A stretch of 64,000 bases of DNA from Paecilomyces variotii (lineage: Eukaryota): assembly GCA_004022145.1 (NCBI GenBank), contig RCNU01000004.1. One strand, 5' to 3'. Position numbers and translations under genes: made by a program. Positions 62,101-64,000 of the stretch are shown here, piece after piece (the first letter of the stretch is position 1; every line of letters begins with the position of its first letter). Under the pieces are notes generated by a model, which was not told the origin of the DNA, did not search any database, and saw only the letters and a program-made list of their open reading frames with translations.

Positions 62101-64000
62101 TTAGAGATCCTCGTCATTGTCCATACTGAGCCCATCATTGTCCCAGTATTGTGTCGGTTCTCGGTTCGTAGGGACCTGTATCTGACTTGGAAGGCCAGTG
62201 GCGGCTCGTATACTTTGCGTGTGTTGACTGTTCGGTGTGCCTTTGATGACGACAGGGATATTCCGAAGGGGTGGCCCTTGGCCATGGCCAAATCCGAATT
62301 TGCTCAGCCCCCATGGCTGCACTGAAGATGGAGAGTCGTCCAAATAGCCGTCCCAAAAACCGAAGAGTTGAGCGATAAGCCGAAAGAAGGCGACGAGGAG
62401 TGTCAATACCGGTGTCAAAACCGTGGAGAGATGCGACCAGCGCCAGAGCATTGTCGGAAGGACGAATGGGAAGCGGGGTGCATCAGGAGCGAGACAATTG
62501 CGATCGCAGGTGTCTGCGACGAAGGGGTGGCAGTAGTAGCTGCACATAACGTTCTCTGTCCAGTACCAGATGATAGCGGCGAGGATGAACCATCTCAGGC
62601 GATAGATGCGATGGGAGATACCATCCTGTCGATATGCTGCTTTCCTGCCGGAGAGATAGCCTTCGAGATCGCTGCCTAGATTGTGGAGTCCCTGTCTTGC
62701 CTCGTGGATGTTCTTGCCCATAGAACGAAGTTTAGTGCTCATATTATCTAGGAAAACGACTGGTTCTCCAGGTAGCGAGGGGTCGTCGTATTCTGAGATC
62801 GTCGGATCAACCTGGTCATCGGTAGCAGAATCATCTTCGGTCTTGATGAAGCTTGAGTCCTGATCAAGCATATTCTGGAGAGAGTCGATCGTATCGTCGC
62901 CCAACATCAAAGAGTGGTCTTCGGATTTAGCGTGTTCAAGGACACTCTCCAAGGCGCTCTTTGGTAGGCGAGGTTTGATCAGCTCCAGCTTTCTCTTCAC
63001 TTTCTTCTCTTCAGGCTTTTTAGGCTCCTCTTTCTGCGCGGGTCTCTTCTGTGGCTCATTTCTCGCCGGCTCCTGCTTCTTCGTTTCTTCCTTTTCTGAT
63101 CCGTATTTCTTCGTCTCCTGCTTCTGCGGTGGCCGCTCTTCTGGCGCTTGAGGGGTATCTTCAGATTTGGGATTTGTTTTGCGCGCTGTATTGCTGGGCG
63201 ACAGTATCTCTTCTGTTACGTCTTGCGGAGGTTTAGCAACTCGTTCAGTCATGGGCGTGTCCACCCACGCGCCAGTTACGACTGGTGTTTTCGCCAACAT
63301 CCATTTGTCGACAGGTTTTGATTCTGGAGTGCTAGTCTGCGGCGTATTCTGAGGCGGGCTTTCTGCCCTTGCAAGCTTGCGCAGAAGCTCTTGTGAATCG
63401 TTCTTGGCCATGGCGGGCTTGTTGCTTGAATCCTTGTAGATGACAACTGGACTGTTGGGGATCGGACTTCCACTCTGCGACGGCCGCCCTTTTTCTGGTG
63501 AGATATTCTTTGGCGTGTCTTCACTGGCCGACCTTGGAGATCGACGTCCCATCACTCTTTCCGTTCCCATTCGCGTCTCAGCCGGTCTGCGCATGGGAGG
63601 GCTGTCGGATACCTGCAGCGATCTGGCCGTGAAGTCAATCTCGGGCTCCCATCCTGGAACGACTGGTTCGTCCTTGGATGGTTCTTCCATTGATGCATTC
63701 CCATTGCGACGTTTGAGGGTGCTCAGCCAGTCCCTATGACTTCGTCGCCCATTACCCCAACTTCTTGGAAGGTTCAATGATGGGTCCATGCCGTCGTCGA
63801 CCTCCTCCGCCTGCTGTGTCTCGCGCCGTTGCAGATTGTCTGCCGACAGCGCCGCCTTGATTCCCACTTTTGCTCTGCTGAACACGGGAGATTCCTTTGC
63901 GGTGACGCGCTTGAGTCGTTGCTCATCCCGGATATGGTTCGCGAGGTTCGCCCGCAGCGAGTCGTCCGTCAGCTCGTCCAGGAAGCTTAGATCTTCATCC
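62101..64000 (-). CDS. Uncharacterised protein (5' end outside window): disordered or coiled-coil region plus C-terminal membrane domain with a Cys cluster
   Basis: The frame is open from the window edge (DEDLSFLDEL...) to the stop at 62101. Hydrophobic segments flank MCSYYCHP..CDRNC..PRFPFVLPTMLWRW. Confidence 0.8.
   Translation of the reverse strand, partial: DEDLSFLDELTDDSLRANLANHIRDEQRLKRVTAKESPVFSRAKVGIKAALSADNLQRRETQQAEEVDDGMDPSLNLPRSWGNGRRSHRDWLSTLKRRNGNASMEEPSKDEPVVPGWEPEIDFTARSLQVSDSPPMRRPAETRMGTERVMGRRSPRSASEDTPKNISPEKGRPSQSGSPIPNSPVVIYKDSSNKPAMAKNDSQELLRKLARAESPPQNTPQTSTPESKPVDKWMLAKTPVVTGAWVDTPMTERVAKPPQDVTEEILSPSNTARKTNPKSEDTPQAPEERPPQKQETKKYGSEKEETKKQEPARNEPQKRPAQKEEPKKPEEKKVKRKLELIKPRLPKSALESVLEHAKSEDHSLMLGDDTIDSLQNMLDQDSSFIKTEDDSATDDQVDPTISEYDDPSLPGEPVVFLDNMSTKLRSMGKNIHEARQGLHNLGSDLEGYLSGRKAAYRQDGISHRIYRLRWFILAAIIWYWTENVMCSYYCHPFVADTCDRNCLAPDAPRFPFVLPTMLWRWSHLSTVLTPVLTLLVAFFRLIAQLFGFWDGYLDDSPSSVQPWGLSKFGFGHGQGPPLRNIPVVIKGTPNSQHTQSIRAATGLPSQIQVPTNREPTQYWDNDGLSMDNDEDL

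Overview
Gene-dense, intron-containing window from a filamentous ascomycete (Eurotiales / Aspergillus-like, judged from short GT-AG introns with CTRAY branch sites and from protein similarity). It holds about 22 protein-coding genes, mostly housekeeping: eIF3e, mitoribosomal L49, SWI1, RPT3, vacuolar proteinase A, FCP1, arginase, GatB, methylglutaconyl-CoA hydratase, SNIP1/Pml1, a J-domain protein and an HSL-family esterase. An accessory block (about 20.7-28.8 kb) carries an internally deleted pogo/Fot1-type transposon relic, a ferric/cupric reductase and an F-box gene. The most interesting locus is an NLR-like gene (50041-54847; alpha/beta-hydrolase effector + NB-ARC). One splice donor there can join either of two canonical in-frame acceptors, giving a stand-alone lipase effector or the full NLR, which has a disordered tail instead of a repeat sensor. 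Other points: a probable Rsc58/BRD7-like remodeler subunit, a GC-AG intron, a GAG acceptor, an overlapping uORF on SWI1, a possible two-acceptor 5'UTR intron in arginase, and two candidate unannotated non-coding transcripts. All gene models were spliced by eye; no database search was run.
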